64,000 bases of DNA, taken from NCBI GenBank assembly GCA_013265495.1, contig MU057959.1, positions 137,202 to 201,201 on the forward strand, given 5' to 3'. The notes below the pieces were generated by a model. The model saw only the letters and a program-made list of their open reading frames with translations, did no database searches and was not told the origin of the DNA. This DNA comes from Vicugna vicugna (taxonomy: Eukaryota). The stretch's first letter is position 1. Each line of letters starts with the position of its first letter. Below are positions 1 to 12,700 of the stretch, piece after piece. The translations under genes and the position numbers were made by a program.

Positions 1-177
1 ATTCCTTAGGTTGTCTTTTTGTTTTACTTATGGATTCCTTTGCTGTGCAGAAGCTTGTAAGTTTCATTAGGTCCCATTTGTTTATTAAGAACATTTTTGT
101 ATGTCAGATAGTGTTTGGCCTATATTTTCCTCTAGGAGGTTTATTGTATCTTGTCTTATGTTTAAGTCTTTGATCCA
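1..177 (-). mobile_element. LINE-1 ORF2 fragment, inverted part of a 5'-inverted young L1 (runs off the window start)
   Basis: Antisense L1 ORF2 sequence (tttgctgtgcagaagcttgtaagtttcattaggtcccatttg) joined directly to a sense L1 3' end at ~178. Confidence 0.8.
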
Positions 178-835
178 GTAGTCTTACCATATGACCCAAG
201 AATCCCGCTCCTGGGCATATATCCAGAAGGGACCCTACTTCAGGATGACACTTGCACCCCAATGTTCATAGCAGCATAATTTACAACAGGCAAGACATGG
301 AAACAGCCTAAATGTCCATCAACAGATGACTCGATAAGGGAGAGGTGGTATATTTATAGAATGGAATACTACTCAGCCATAAAAACTGACAATATAACGC
401 CATTTGCAGCAACATGGATGTCCCTGGAGAATGTCATTCTAAGTGAAGTAAGCCAGAAAGAGAAAGAAAAATACCATATGTGATCGCTCATATGTGGAAT
501 CTAAAAAAAAAACCCCAAACAAAACAAAGCATAAATACAAAACAGAAATAGACTCAGAGACATAGAATACAAACTTCTGGTTGCCAGCTGGGCAGGGGGT
601 GGGAAGAGATAGAGTAGGATTTCAAAACTGTAGAATAGATAAACAAGATTATACTGTATAGCACAGAGAAATGTATACAAGATTTTATGGTAGCTCACAG
701 AGAACAAAATGTGACAATGAATATATATATGTTCATGTATAACTGAAAAATTATGCTCTACATTGGAATTTGACACAACATTGGAAAATGAGTATAAATC
801 AATAAAAATATTTGAAAAACAAATAAATAAATAAG
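178..835 (+). mobile_element. LINE-1 3' end (ORF2 C-terminus, 3' UTR, A-rich tail)
   Basis: Typical L1 3' motifs (ccatatgacccaagaatccc, atggaatactactcagccataaaa, ccatttgcagcaacatggatg); AATAAA at 801 followed by an A-rich tail. Confidence 0.9.
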
Positions 836-2280
836 AGAGGGAAATTTTTTAAAATAATAAAAGAAAACAATAACAACAATTTTAAAAAATTTATCCAAAT
901 CTTAAAAAGAAAAAGACTAAAAACAATATCATGAGAAACAGAAGAAAAAAACATTAAAAATAAGAAACAAATTAAAATAAATTTTAAATAAAAAGTAAAA
1001 TTTTAAGAGATTAAAAAAAGAAAAAGAATAAGCTGTTAGGGAATAAAAAATTAAAATTAAGTATTAGAAAATAAAGAACGTATAACTCTGTAGACTGTGC
1101 ATTCCTAATAATTAGTTCTGTTTTAAGTATGGGTTTTTGCCAAGTTTTTCTTGCATGCTTTTTGGCTGTTATCCCTTTGGTTGGGACTTTGACTAGTGTG
1201 GTGTTCAGAGCCTGCCTTCGCTATTGAACAGAGCCTCCTTTTTGTTCTGTGGTTGTAGCCTCATTCTGCCCCTGCCCCACTGTGCTAACTGGAGCTCCAC
1301 TCTGTTCTTCCAGAGGCGTTCGAGTCAAGCCCTAACATCACACCCCCTTTCAGTGCCTTTCCCTGCACCTGGGCTGCACATAGTAGACAGGCTTGCAGAA
1401 AATGGCTGCACCATCCCTCACCCCTCCTCTGTGCCAGACTCCACTCCTTGCTCATTTGTTTTAGAGATGTGAGTCCACAGAGGCACCAGTGTAGTAAGGT
1501 CCCCTCTGACTGGGGTTGTAAACAAATCTCAGTCCCACCTATGAGCTTCCAGAGCTACTGTGTATGAATTAAGGTTTCATCCTGACCTCTGCCTGGGTGC
1601 CAAGCACCTGGGAATGTGGCGGCTGTGACCAAGCCCCACCACTCTCTCCCAAGAGTGCACCAGCAATGGTGCCATGGTTCTGCTGAGACAATACTATGGC
1701 ACCCCTCCCACCAGGGCATACCAGCAGAGTTGCTTTCGATTTCTTTTTTAAATTTCATGATGTATCCAGGCTATTCTGTCATATGTACTCTCCAAGACAC
1801 AGTGCAGAGCACACTCCAGTCCCGAGGTTGCCTCTGTACAATGGACCCCAGTCCTCTACTCGGCTTAGCAACTCATCCCATCCCAGCTACAATTGTTCTC
1901 ATCTAGGGCTTGGGGGGTCACAGGGACCCTTTGTGCCTGTTTCACTTAGTTCTGTCAGTCAAGGGCTATTCTTTACAGATCCCAGCTTCCAAGGTTCCCC
2001 CCCATCCCGCTGACACTCTGTTGGAGAGAGGGAGACCCAGTGGACGAGCACTAACACTCCTTTGCCGCTCCATCCCTATGGGATCAGTCCCACACTGATT
2101 TCCTTTTTCTATTTTCCTTTTTCATTTTCTCCTACCAGATTTGTGATGGATTTTTCTTTTTAATGAAGGAAATGTTCTGTCAAAATTCAGAAACTGTTCT
2201 GAGTGATTGGGTGGGTCTGTGGATGTCTCTCTTGGTGTATTCTTGAGGTAAGGGCTTCCTACCCCACCACATGACCGCTC
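836..2280 (-). mobile_element. Older LINE-1 5' UTR region (antisense)
   Basis: Resembles the antisense L1 5' UTR at 23750-25260 (e.g. ttatccctttggt...gtgttcagag; actccactc...gtccacagagg). Boundaries approximate. Confidence 0.6.
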
Positions 2281-3549
2281 AATCTATGTTTGATCTGGAG
2301 TCAGCTTTTATAACATCTCTTTCAGGAAATGTGCCCATTTTCATCAAAAGTGTTACTTTGATCAACATAACTTTGCTTATTGTTTTTGTATTCTCATTAT
2401 TTCTGTAGTATTTGTGATGAAAACTCCAATTTGCTTTATAGTACTGGTCTCAGGAATGTACACCTCACACATATGTATGTATATATAAATGAGTAATATT
2501 TCACAATTTTTCCACGTCCTTTTGTCAGGCCCTGCCTTTCAAAACTCCCTGAGGTACTATTGTAAGATTCACTTCTCCATTTCTATTCAATCTCCTACCT
2601 ATATATCTGTCCCCAAAACATTTCCAGAAACACTGTAGACCAATATTAAAAGACTCCACACATCTCTTTAATATGAGAGGAGAATTTAAACATGACAACA
2701 CATCTCCAGTACATCCATTGAAAGCCATAGTAACCTTCCTTACTCATGCCTTTGGCTTTAGCCAGCTCGAGCCCATTTGGAGTCTATCTCTGTAGTAACT
2801 GAAACATGGATTTTGTTAAGTAACACTGAGGTCTAGAGTTATGTTTCCAGCCTTGTGCAGATCTCTGACCTTTGGCCTCAGATCTAGGTTGTAGGCTCTT
2901 TAGATAGCCAACACCTTGAGGACCATGGGGAGCTGCTCCATGTGCTCCGCCCATTTTTTGCAGATCCAGTGTCTCTTGCTTTTGGAAGCACAGAGGAAGG
3001 AATTGCATATTCAGATCTGTGTCTGCACTTACAACTTCCCACCTGAGTTCTCAGTCACCTTTTTTCTCCAAGCACTGGTTGACTTTATGTTGCTGTGGAG
3101 GGAGTACGTCTCAACTGCTGCCCCTCTTTGATGACTAGTGACTCATCAGCAACAATTACCAGTCCTTCCACTATATTTCAGATGTGCTGTGCTGTGAGAA
3201 AAGGCATATTCCCTCAGTTGTGGAACATGGCACCTTACATTTCCCTGCATAAATCTCAGTGAGCCCCACACACATTTCTTTCCACATAATGAATAGGATC
3301 CTCTGTGGGGACTTTTTCTTGAACAGAGTGCCCCATTCCACTGCAGTAAAGAGAACATAGTCCTCTTCCTTACCCACGATGGTGTACTTTTTTATCCCTC
3401 TCACCGTGACACCTCGAGGATGTCCCTGACCCTCATCAGATTTGTCTCTGGTGGGACATTGGTCCTATTAAACGCACATTTTCCTGGATGTTTAATGTGG
3501 CTATGTGTGAGTTTTAAAGTAGGTGACTTTCTGCACAGGTACACATGTA

Positions 3550-3756
3550 TGAAGTAGTGACTAAATCAATTTATTTAAACCCTCAGAAATCAAATACCAC
3601 CAAAGAGGACATGAACACTGAGTAGGAGAGAAGAAATGGGAAAGGAAGTATGATTACACAGAGATGATGTTATGCAGGAATCGGGAATGTTGTCTCCATA
3701 TTGTTGATCCTGATTCTGTTGAGAACATGATGCTCCTGGTTCTCACATGACATGTT
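3550..3756 (-). other. Gene A exon 7 (last 2 nt of the stop codon plus 3' UTR)
   Basis: CTAAC branch point, pyrimidine tract and CAG acceptor (3757-3758); AATAAA at 3570-3575, conserved in all three units. 3' end approximate. Confidence 0.75.
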
Positions 3757-6700
3757 CTGTAGGTGAATAAAACAGGACAGGGGTTAGTTCAGTTGACTGT
3801 ATGACAGGTAACAGGGCCCTGCCTCAGGGAGTAGGCTGTCCAAGGTCAGAGGAGCTGCTAGTGTATCCATTGGGCACATTCCATATGGAACTTAATATTC
3901 CCCATGACTCTGGTATGTGGGTATCCATTGAGAATTCCCCCAAGGATGTACATATGGTGGGACCTCTCCTGTGTAGCATTGCTTCTAGGAATTTTGTGGT
4001 TTCACGATGCGTGCTCGTGGAATGCTGTATCTAAAAATGATTGACAGGATCTGTAATTGAGTTATACTTTTCTAATTTTAGAAGTTTTGCCTTTGGTGGC
4101 TTCAGAATTATAATCATTTGGAAGCTACTATTACTGTCTGGCTTTTTCCTCCCTGTGTTCCTAAAAGAAAAAAGTAAAGCCACAATTTAGCCTTATGTCA
4201 TGTCCTTTTTTGGGGGATCTTCTTGTAGAAACCTTAAAGATCCCACTTTAACAAAATAACCCTCCAAAAGGGAAAATAAAGTAAATCCCTGTTTCAAACA
4301 ACGTGGTTGGAAGGTCTTCAGTGGGCCAGTCACAGTTACGTACAGTTGAACATAATTTTTGCAGTAATGGTGAGGTCTGTGCAAGCCCAGTTCTCCTGGA
4401 CAACCATCAGGTAGGGACTCACTGGGAAATTAATTAATTTTCATCAACTTCTGACGTTTCCTGCTTCTCTCTAAAGTCTGTCATCTGCATAAATCCTGCA
4501 TGTTGGTGCTTTCTCACCAAAACTGTTTAACATTGATTGGCCAATCATTAATTTAATAAGACTCAAGAGAAGCAAAACAATCCTTAATTTGAGAGAGAAG
4601 ATTGTCTAGTGACATAATTTAAATGATTGAACCAAAAGACATTGTCACCTAAAAAATTTGGCCCATATTAAGTCACAGTGTGTCCCTCCTGATTTCTTTG
4701 CTGGAACAGCAGTAACAACAGGTTATTTTTACTTACACTTGGTGGTGTCAATGACTTCAACGGTTGTATACTTAAGACAGTCCTCTGGGGAAAAATTAAA
4801 GGGACAAGAATAAAAGAATAGTGGATTATTATTATTTCCCAACACTCCCAAGGTTTCCTTTTTTATCTAATGGATTTTATAAAAGATTCTTTTTGGAAGA
4901 AAATTCAAACAAATCAATTTATTTCCTGACAGCCTATTTACATACCATGTAAATGATAAATTCAGGAAAAAGTGTAGTTTCATTACCAATACAGAAGACT
5001 TTCTCAAGATTTTCTTCTGGAATCCCCTCCTCTGTCAACACCTCCTTGATCTTCTCTAATTCTTCGCTTGTTATATCACATAGTTTGGCTGAAAAATCAA
5101 CCATGCATAAAGCAAAATTTTGACCATTAGAATCCTTGAAAATTTCTTAACACAGAATAAGAAATTGAATGTGTAAATCAGTTCTTCACTTGGTATGATT
5201 TTAACAGAGTCTCGAATAGACACAGATGTGTGTTTCTTCTTTTCAGAATGAAACCTTGTCTGACTCTACATTCTCTCTAGCATCAGCATCAAGGCTCCAA
5301 AGACTCATCAGGACCTCCGTGAATCTGCTTCCAGATTCATCACAAATATGGAAAATATTTCCTTCTTTATCAGCTTTGTAGAATCTATGCTTAACATTCA
5401 AGCCTCCTTCTGGACCAAATATTCTGGAAACATGTTCTCACCTCCTAGGGACACATTGACCTTGTCACATATAGTCATGGGAGATGATTTATTGTTTAAC
5501 TAAACCACATTTCTCTCCAGTGCGTTTTTGAAATAGATACCTGGTATCCTAGGGACTAGAGCAAAGCTCTTGGTGAACCTATGTGATCATCTGTGGTGAT
5601 GTCCGAATTATCAGAACATGACAAGGAGCAGTTGAACAGGATGAAGATTTATTTTAAAAGCTTCAATTCCAGGGCTTAGAACGCATTGGAAAAGTGTCAT
5701 AAAATGAAGAAATTGAAGTGACCGAATCATAGTGATGGCTTGAAATTAGTTGACATGTTCAGAACCTATTTCTAAAGTAACTCAAATTTTAAAATTCTTA
5801 AACTTCAATACATGGGACTTATTGTGAAATGTCAGGTGATCTGTTACTTTCCACTGCTCCCAGCTCCTGTTTTTACTTTTGTTTCTTTGTAGATCACATT
5901 CCTGGATCCTTAATGAACACAACGATGTAGGCCTTGTCAGTGGGTCATGAGTCATATGTGCGCATGCTGCCTTTTTGAATAAAAATGCTGACAGTGGAAG
6001 TGTTACCAGACACTGACCGTGAGGATAATAGGATGTGGTACATACCGAAGACTCCGACCAGTATGGTTTCTTTTACTTGTTTATCCACGGAGACATCAGA
6101 TGCTGCCGCGATATTGTTGGCTCGTTTAACAATTACTATTATGACATCTTCGGACACTTGAATAATTTGCAGTTCTATTGTACCATCATCTGTGAGTGAA
6201 AATAGACACTTACACAGATGCATCTTCATTGACTGCACATTAGCTTCATTTAGTTAATTAGTGGATAATTCATCAGTCCATCTTTGTTGGTCCTTGTGTG
6301 ACTCTGCCATTCTCGTGAATGGTATAGTCAACTATGACAGCAGGAAAGTGGGGAAGGCTTTCCTTGTTCACACTTTATTATACAGATAATCTTGTCACAC
6401 CTTACAGTTTTAGTAAGACGTTTTCTTTTACCTGTGTTCTATGGAATCCAATTCAGTTTATTTTTACAGCATCTGCATAATATCACACGGAAATTCAGGT
6501 ACTCCATATATTTGCATTATTCCAGCAGTGGAGTTGATTTCTCTCCGGGACCAAAAGCAACTGACCTTTGATTATTTTGCATTGTGAGTGCTGCCTGGTA
6601 GCAGGCACCTTCTGAACACTGTGGGTGAATGACTACATTCCCTCTGCTTCTCAGCCTTGCTGTGTTTTGTGACATGTGCAGATGGCACTACCTTATGTGT

Positions 6701-9700
6701 TGGTGTTAGGAAGGGTTTTAGAGGGTGGAACCAAGACAGCGGAGTAGAGACTCAACAGTTCAGCCTCTCCCAAAAACACACCAAGAACTGCATCTGCAAA
6801 CCCATCCAGTCACCCAGAACACCTGCTGAACTCTGGCAGAGTGTCTTTCATTTTGAAATACAGGAGGAGTCTCACAAAATCCGGTAAGAAAAAAGAGGAA
6901 AATGAAAGCATTCTGTGCAGGACTGGTCTTGCTGATAGGGTGTGGCATATGAAGAAAAGCACCCTGTAGATGTGACATCCCCTTTCCAACAGGGAGGTCA
7001 ATGGGGACAGAAGCAGAGCTTCTGAGACTCAGAGGAGAAAGTGACAGCAGACAGAACTTAGGGACTCTGACAGCAAAGATCCCTGCAACCCATGGTTCTA
7101 GACGGGAGCCTGCAGCTATAAGCTGGAGCTGGCTGCTTGCGATCTGTGAGGAGCCCAGGAAGAGGGCAGGGGCCCACTGCACAGAAGTAGCCTCAGGGAT
7201 ATGGAGGGTAGTGTGAGCTCTGGCTTGATGTGTGTATGGAACAGAACAGATTCAGATGCCCATAAAAAGCAGCACTATTTGTGTGTGTTGGTGGAAATGA
7301 CCTAATGCAGCCTCATCATAGCCACTTTGTCGGCTTGGCTCCTTTGTTGTGTTCTCATGAGAAGTGAATTGTGACTTGGTCACAGCCATCATTGTTGCTT
7401 GGAGGCAGGGCTGAAGCATGAATCTACACCCTGGGGCCCAGTAACTTCATGGGTAGGACTGAAATTTGTTTTTAGCCCCAGGCAGTTAAGGTGGATTTGT
7501 TCTCCCTGGACCACTTGTAGATTCATGCCTCTGTAAACAGTGAACAGAGTCCTGACTCATGGCAGCAGCTAATATGGGCATTTCCAACAGGCCTGCATAT
7601 AGTACTGTGCTGACACTGGCACAACACGGATTCAGGTGTGAGACTGCATATTTGTTGTGGTGGGTCCTAGCGCCTGACATTGGTGGGTCTGCAGTGGTGA
7701 TTCCTGGGACTCAGAACCTATAGGGCACAAAAGTAGGTGGCCAGCATTCCCACAGTTAAGGCAGGCACAAAGGCAGTATCAACAAAGAGTACACTGTAAG
7801 CCCAAATAACAAATGACAGACACCAACACAGAGGACATTTCCCAGTGGACCTTTCCTGCCTACTCTTCTTCCCAACTGCAGGGATTGAACACTGCCTTCT
7901 ACACGCCACAGCTCGGAAATAGGTTTAGAAGCCTCTATTCCAGCAACAGGGGAGCAGACCAGGCTGCTGTCAAGGCTGGGACAACTGCAAAACAAAAAAG
8001 ATGGCCTGGCTCAACAACAACCATCAGGGCTGTGTGTGATCAGCACACAACCAGCCACACCCTTAATCAAATCAATAAGAGCCAACAGTCATTAAAGATG
8101 GATGTGGAAATGTTCCATACTAAGAACAGCCCTCACAACAACACTATGAGATGCACAGTCTACATGGGAACACTTCTATGTTAAATAAAAACAAATGAAA
8201 AAAAAATAAAACAGCCCTTCAAGACCACAGCAGATAACTGATATTCCTAAATACATAGAGCCAGATAAATATAAGTAAAATGCAGAATTAGAAGGAGTAT
8301 TCCCAGTGAAAAGAAAAAGAGAAATTTTGTGAAAGAATGATCAATGAAATAGACCTTGATAGTCTACTAGAACATGACTTCAAAAAGGGAATGATCAAGG
8401 CAGTAAAGAAAATAAGAGACTATCAATTGGGATAGAGCATACTTTAAAAAGGAAATTAAGAGTATAAAAAGAGCCAATTAAAAACAGAAAACTCAGTGGC
8501 TGAGATAAGAGCCAAACTACAGGCCATCAGAAGCAGACTAGATACTGCAGAGAAATGAATAAGTGACTTAGAAGACAGGATAACAGACGTCACCCAATCA
8601 GAACAACAGACTAACAAGTAAAAGTCAATGAAAGCAGTGTTAGAGAGCTATGGGATAATACAAAGTGTGCCTATCTATGCCTAATGGGGTTTCTAGAAGG
8701 ATAAGAAAGAGAAAAAGGGATTGAAAAGATATTTGAAGAAATCATTACTGAAAACATTTCAAACCTAAAGAAGGAAACAGATATCCAAGTAAAGTACAGT
8801 ATGCACAGAGGGTCCCAAACAAGAAACCAAACAGACCTACACCAAGACATATTATAATTAAGATGGCCAAAGTTAAAGATAAAAGTTTCTAAAGTCAGCA
8901 AGAGAAAAAACAAAGTGTTCATTACAAGTGAACCCTCATGAGGCTTTCAGCTGATTTCTCTATACAAATACTGGTGGCCAGAAGGGAGTGGCAAGATATA
9001 TTCAAAGTCCTGAATGAGAAATGGCTGCAACCTAGGATACTCTATGCAGCAAGACTATACTTCAGAGTAGAAGGAGAGGTAAAGAATTTCAGAGACAAGC
9101 AAAAGCTAAAAGATTCAGCAATACTAAACCTCTACTAAAAGAAATAATGAAAGGTCTATTCTAAATGGGAAATAAAAAGGAAGCTATAGAAATCAGAAAA
9201 CCATAATTGGAAAATGATAACTCCAGTGAATATCAAGAGATTAAGCATTAAGAATAAAATAAATAAATAAAAATAAAGAATATCAAAATAATAAAAGCCT
9301 CGGAAAGGGAGGCAAGAAAACAGTTCCTTTCTCTTTCTCATCTTTATTTTTCTTTCTTTCCATTGTTATTAGGATGTGTGTGAGCCTACATGACTAACAG
9401 TCTAAATCAAACATATATCAAGGGGTTAGCATACATGAAAAACAGTATAACCACAAATCAAAGCAACAGAGTCACAAAAAAGAAACAGAAACCAAGCTAA
9501 TTCAAAAGAAAATTATCAAACTAGAACAAGAATAAGAAAAAGGAAAATAAAGGAACAAAGAAGAAATACCCAGTTATCTGGAAAACAAAGTTCAAAATGG
9601 CTATAAACACACTTCTGTCAGTAATTGACATAAATGTCAATGGACTAAATGCTACCAAAAGACATAGAGTGGTGGATTGGATAATAAAACAAAAGCCTAA

Positions 9701-12700
9701 CATATGCTGCCTATAAGAGACTCACTTTCAGTGAAGGACACATAGATCAAAAGTGAGAGGATGGGAAAATATATTTCATCCAAATGGAATTGACAAAGTG
9801 GGAGTAGCGATACTGATATCTGACAAAATGACTTTAAAACAGAGGTCATCAAGAGAGATAAAGAAGGACAATATATAATGATCAGAGCAATACAAGATGA
9901 AGATATTACAGTTGTTAACATATATGTGTCCAATATAGGAGCACCTAAATATTAAAAAAATATATATGACCAGAGATAAAGGGAGAAACTGATCGGAATA
10001 CAATAATAGTAGAATACTTTAACACTCCACTAACATCATTGGACAGATCTTCCAGACAGAAAATCAACAAGGAAGCAGAGATACTAAATGATGCAATAGA
10101 ACAGTTGGACTGGTTGATGTTTCTCGGACATTATATTCCCCTCAAAACAGAATACACATTCTTTTCAAGTGCTCATGGAATATTCCTTGGGATAGACCAA
10201 ATACTTGGGCACAAAAAAAGGTTCAGGGAATTGAAGAGGATAGAAAAAAGGATAGAAATTATTCCAAGCATCTTCTTTGAGCACAATGGCATGAAAGTGG
10301 AAATCAACCACAGAAAAATGAGAAATATATGGCAGCTTAGAGACTAAACAACATGCTACTAAAAAACCAGTGAGTCAACAGTGAAATCAAGAGAAAATTT
10401 AAAAATACCTTGAGACAAATTATGATGAAAACACAATCACACAAATTCTATGGGCTGCAGCAAAAGCAATCCTAAGAGGGAAGTTCATAGCAAAAGAGCC
10501 CTTTCTCATAAAAGAACAATCTCAAATAAACGATGTAACCTACCACCTAAAAGAAATAGAAAAAGAGAAGCAAACAAAACCTAAACTTAACAGAAGGAAA
10601 GGAATAATAAAGATCAATGAGGAAATAAATAAAATAGAGATTTAAAAAATAGAAAAAAATCAATCAAACCAAGAACTGGTTTTTTGAAAGACTGAACAAA
10701 ATTGACAAACCTCTGCCCACACTCACCAAGAAGAAAAGAGAGCACACATAAACAAACAATATAAAAAATGAAAATAGAGTTTACAACCAACACCACAGTA
10801 ATACAAAAATTGTAAGAGAATACTATAAACAACTATATGGCTATAAATTGGAGAACTTAGAAATGGACAAGTTTCTAGAAACAAACAGTCCACCAAAACT
10901 GAATGAAGAAAAAAAAATAGACCACTTGAACTGACCAATCACTAGAAATGAAACAGAATCAGCAATTAAAAAAAAAAAAACCCTGCAAACAACAATCCAG
11001 GACTTGATGGATTCATTGGGGCATTCTATCAAACATACAAAAAAGAACTCATACTAATCCTACTCAAAATCTTATAATAAGAGACTGAAGTGGAGGGAAT
11101 ACTCCCAAACTCATTCTATGCAGCCACCATCACCCTGGTCCTAAAGCCACACAAAACAGTACCAAAAAAGAAAATTATATGCCAGTCTCATTGATGAACA
11201 TAGATGCAAAAACTCTCAACAAAATACTAGGAATCAGAATCCAACAAGACATATAAAAGATTATACACCATGGTCAAGTTGGATTCTTCCCAGGGACACA
11301 AGGATGGTTCAGCATATCCAAATCAATCAGCATGATACACCACATCAACAAGAGAAAGACAAAAATCACATCACCATCTCAGTAGATGCAGAAAACTCAT
11401 TTGATAAAATTAAACACCGAGTTATGCTAAAACCTCTCACCTAAGTCGGTATAGAGGGAACATATATCAACATAATAAAAGCTATTTATGATTTATGACA
11501 CACCTACAGCCAGCATAATACTGAATGGTGAAAAGCGGAAAGGCTTTCTGTAAAATCTGAAACAAGACAAGGATGCCCACTCTCACCACTTGTTTTCAAT
11601 ATAGAGTTGAAAGTCCTAGCCATAGCAGTAAGACAAGAAAAAGAAATAAATGGATCTAAACTGGAAGAGAAGAGGTAAAATTGTCATTATATGTGGATGA
11701 CATGATGGTATATATATATATATATATATAGAAAACCCTAAAAGCTCCACACACAAATCATTAGAGCTAATAGAATTTTTGAGCACAGTAGGCTAAAATA
11801 TTAACATAGAGAAATCAGTGCATTTCTTTCCACTAAAAACAAAACATCAGAAAAATAAAGTAAAGAAATAATCCTTTTTAAAATTGCATCAAAAAAATAA
11901 GATAGTTCAGAATAAATCTGACCAAGGAAGTGCAAGAGTTATATGAGGAAAACTATAAAACATTGACTTAGGAAATTAAAGATGACTTAAAGAAATGGAA
12001 AGATATCCCGTGTTCAGTATAAACAAAAAGTTTATACTGTATAGCACAGGAAACCATATTCAATATCTTGTAGCAACTTGTGGTGAAAAAGAATATGAAA
12101 TGAATGTATTTATGTTCATATGTGGCTGAACTATTGTACTGTGTGCCAGAAATTGACACAACATTGTAAACTGTGTGAACTTCAGTAAAAGTGTATTTTT
12201 TAAAAAAAAGGATGAGTTTACATGCCAGGATATGGCCGAAGTGACCACCTCACAGTGAGCGCACACCCCCTGGAGAGGTGCACTTCACCTCTCTGGCTCT
12301 GTCCATTTATCTGCCACATTCTCTTCAGAAGAACAAGCGCTGATCTACTCTACACTACCTTTAAATCCGTTCTCCTTTCTAGCCCTCCAGACACCTCACT
12401 GGAATCGCTCATCAGGATCTGATTTAAAACTGCCCATCTGTGTCCCCGAAACCAGTATACCAAAAATACCATTAACAACTATGTCTAACACTGAAATATC
12501 ACGTTTGCCAGAGCAGAGACTAACTTACAGCTGACACAACTTCAGAGTTTCAGATGAATGTGTGCATCTTGCCCAATTCCACTCCAATTTGATGGGCCTT
12601 AGGTTCCACTGGGACAGTTTAAATCAGGTTTCATGCATCTCCTCAGGTTGTCAATCACCACCTCTGTGATCCCCATGGTTTTATAGAGGAGGGTTGCAGA

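Noticed and set aside
3722..3736. Steroid response element-like AGAACAtgaTGCTCC
   Set aside because: Two mismatches, lies in the 3' UTR, and is not conserved in the paralogs.
4753..4761. Micro-inversion in gene A exon 6 (gacttcaac vs gttgaagtc in the paralogs)
   Set aside because: The exon aligns collinearly with gene C at equal length; a 9-nt match is compatible with chance.
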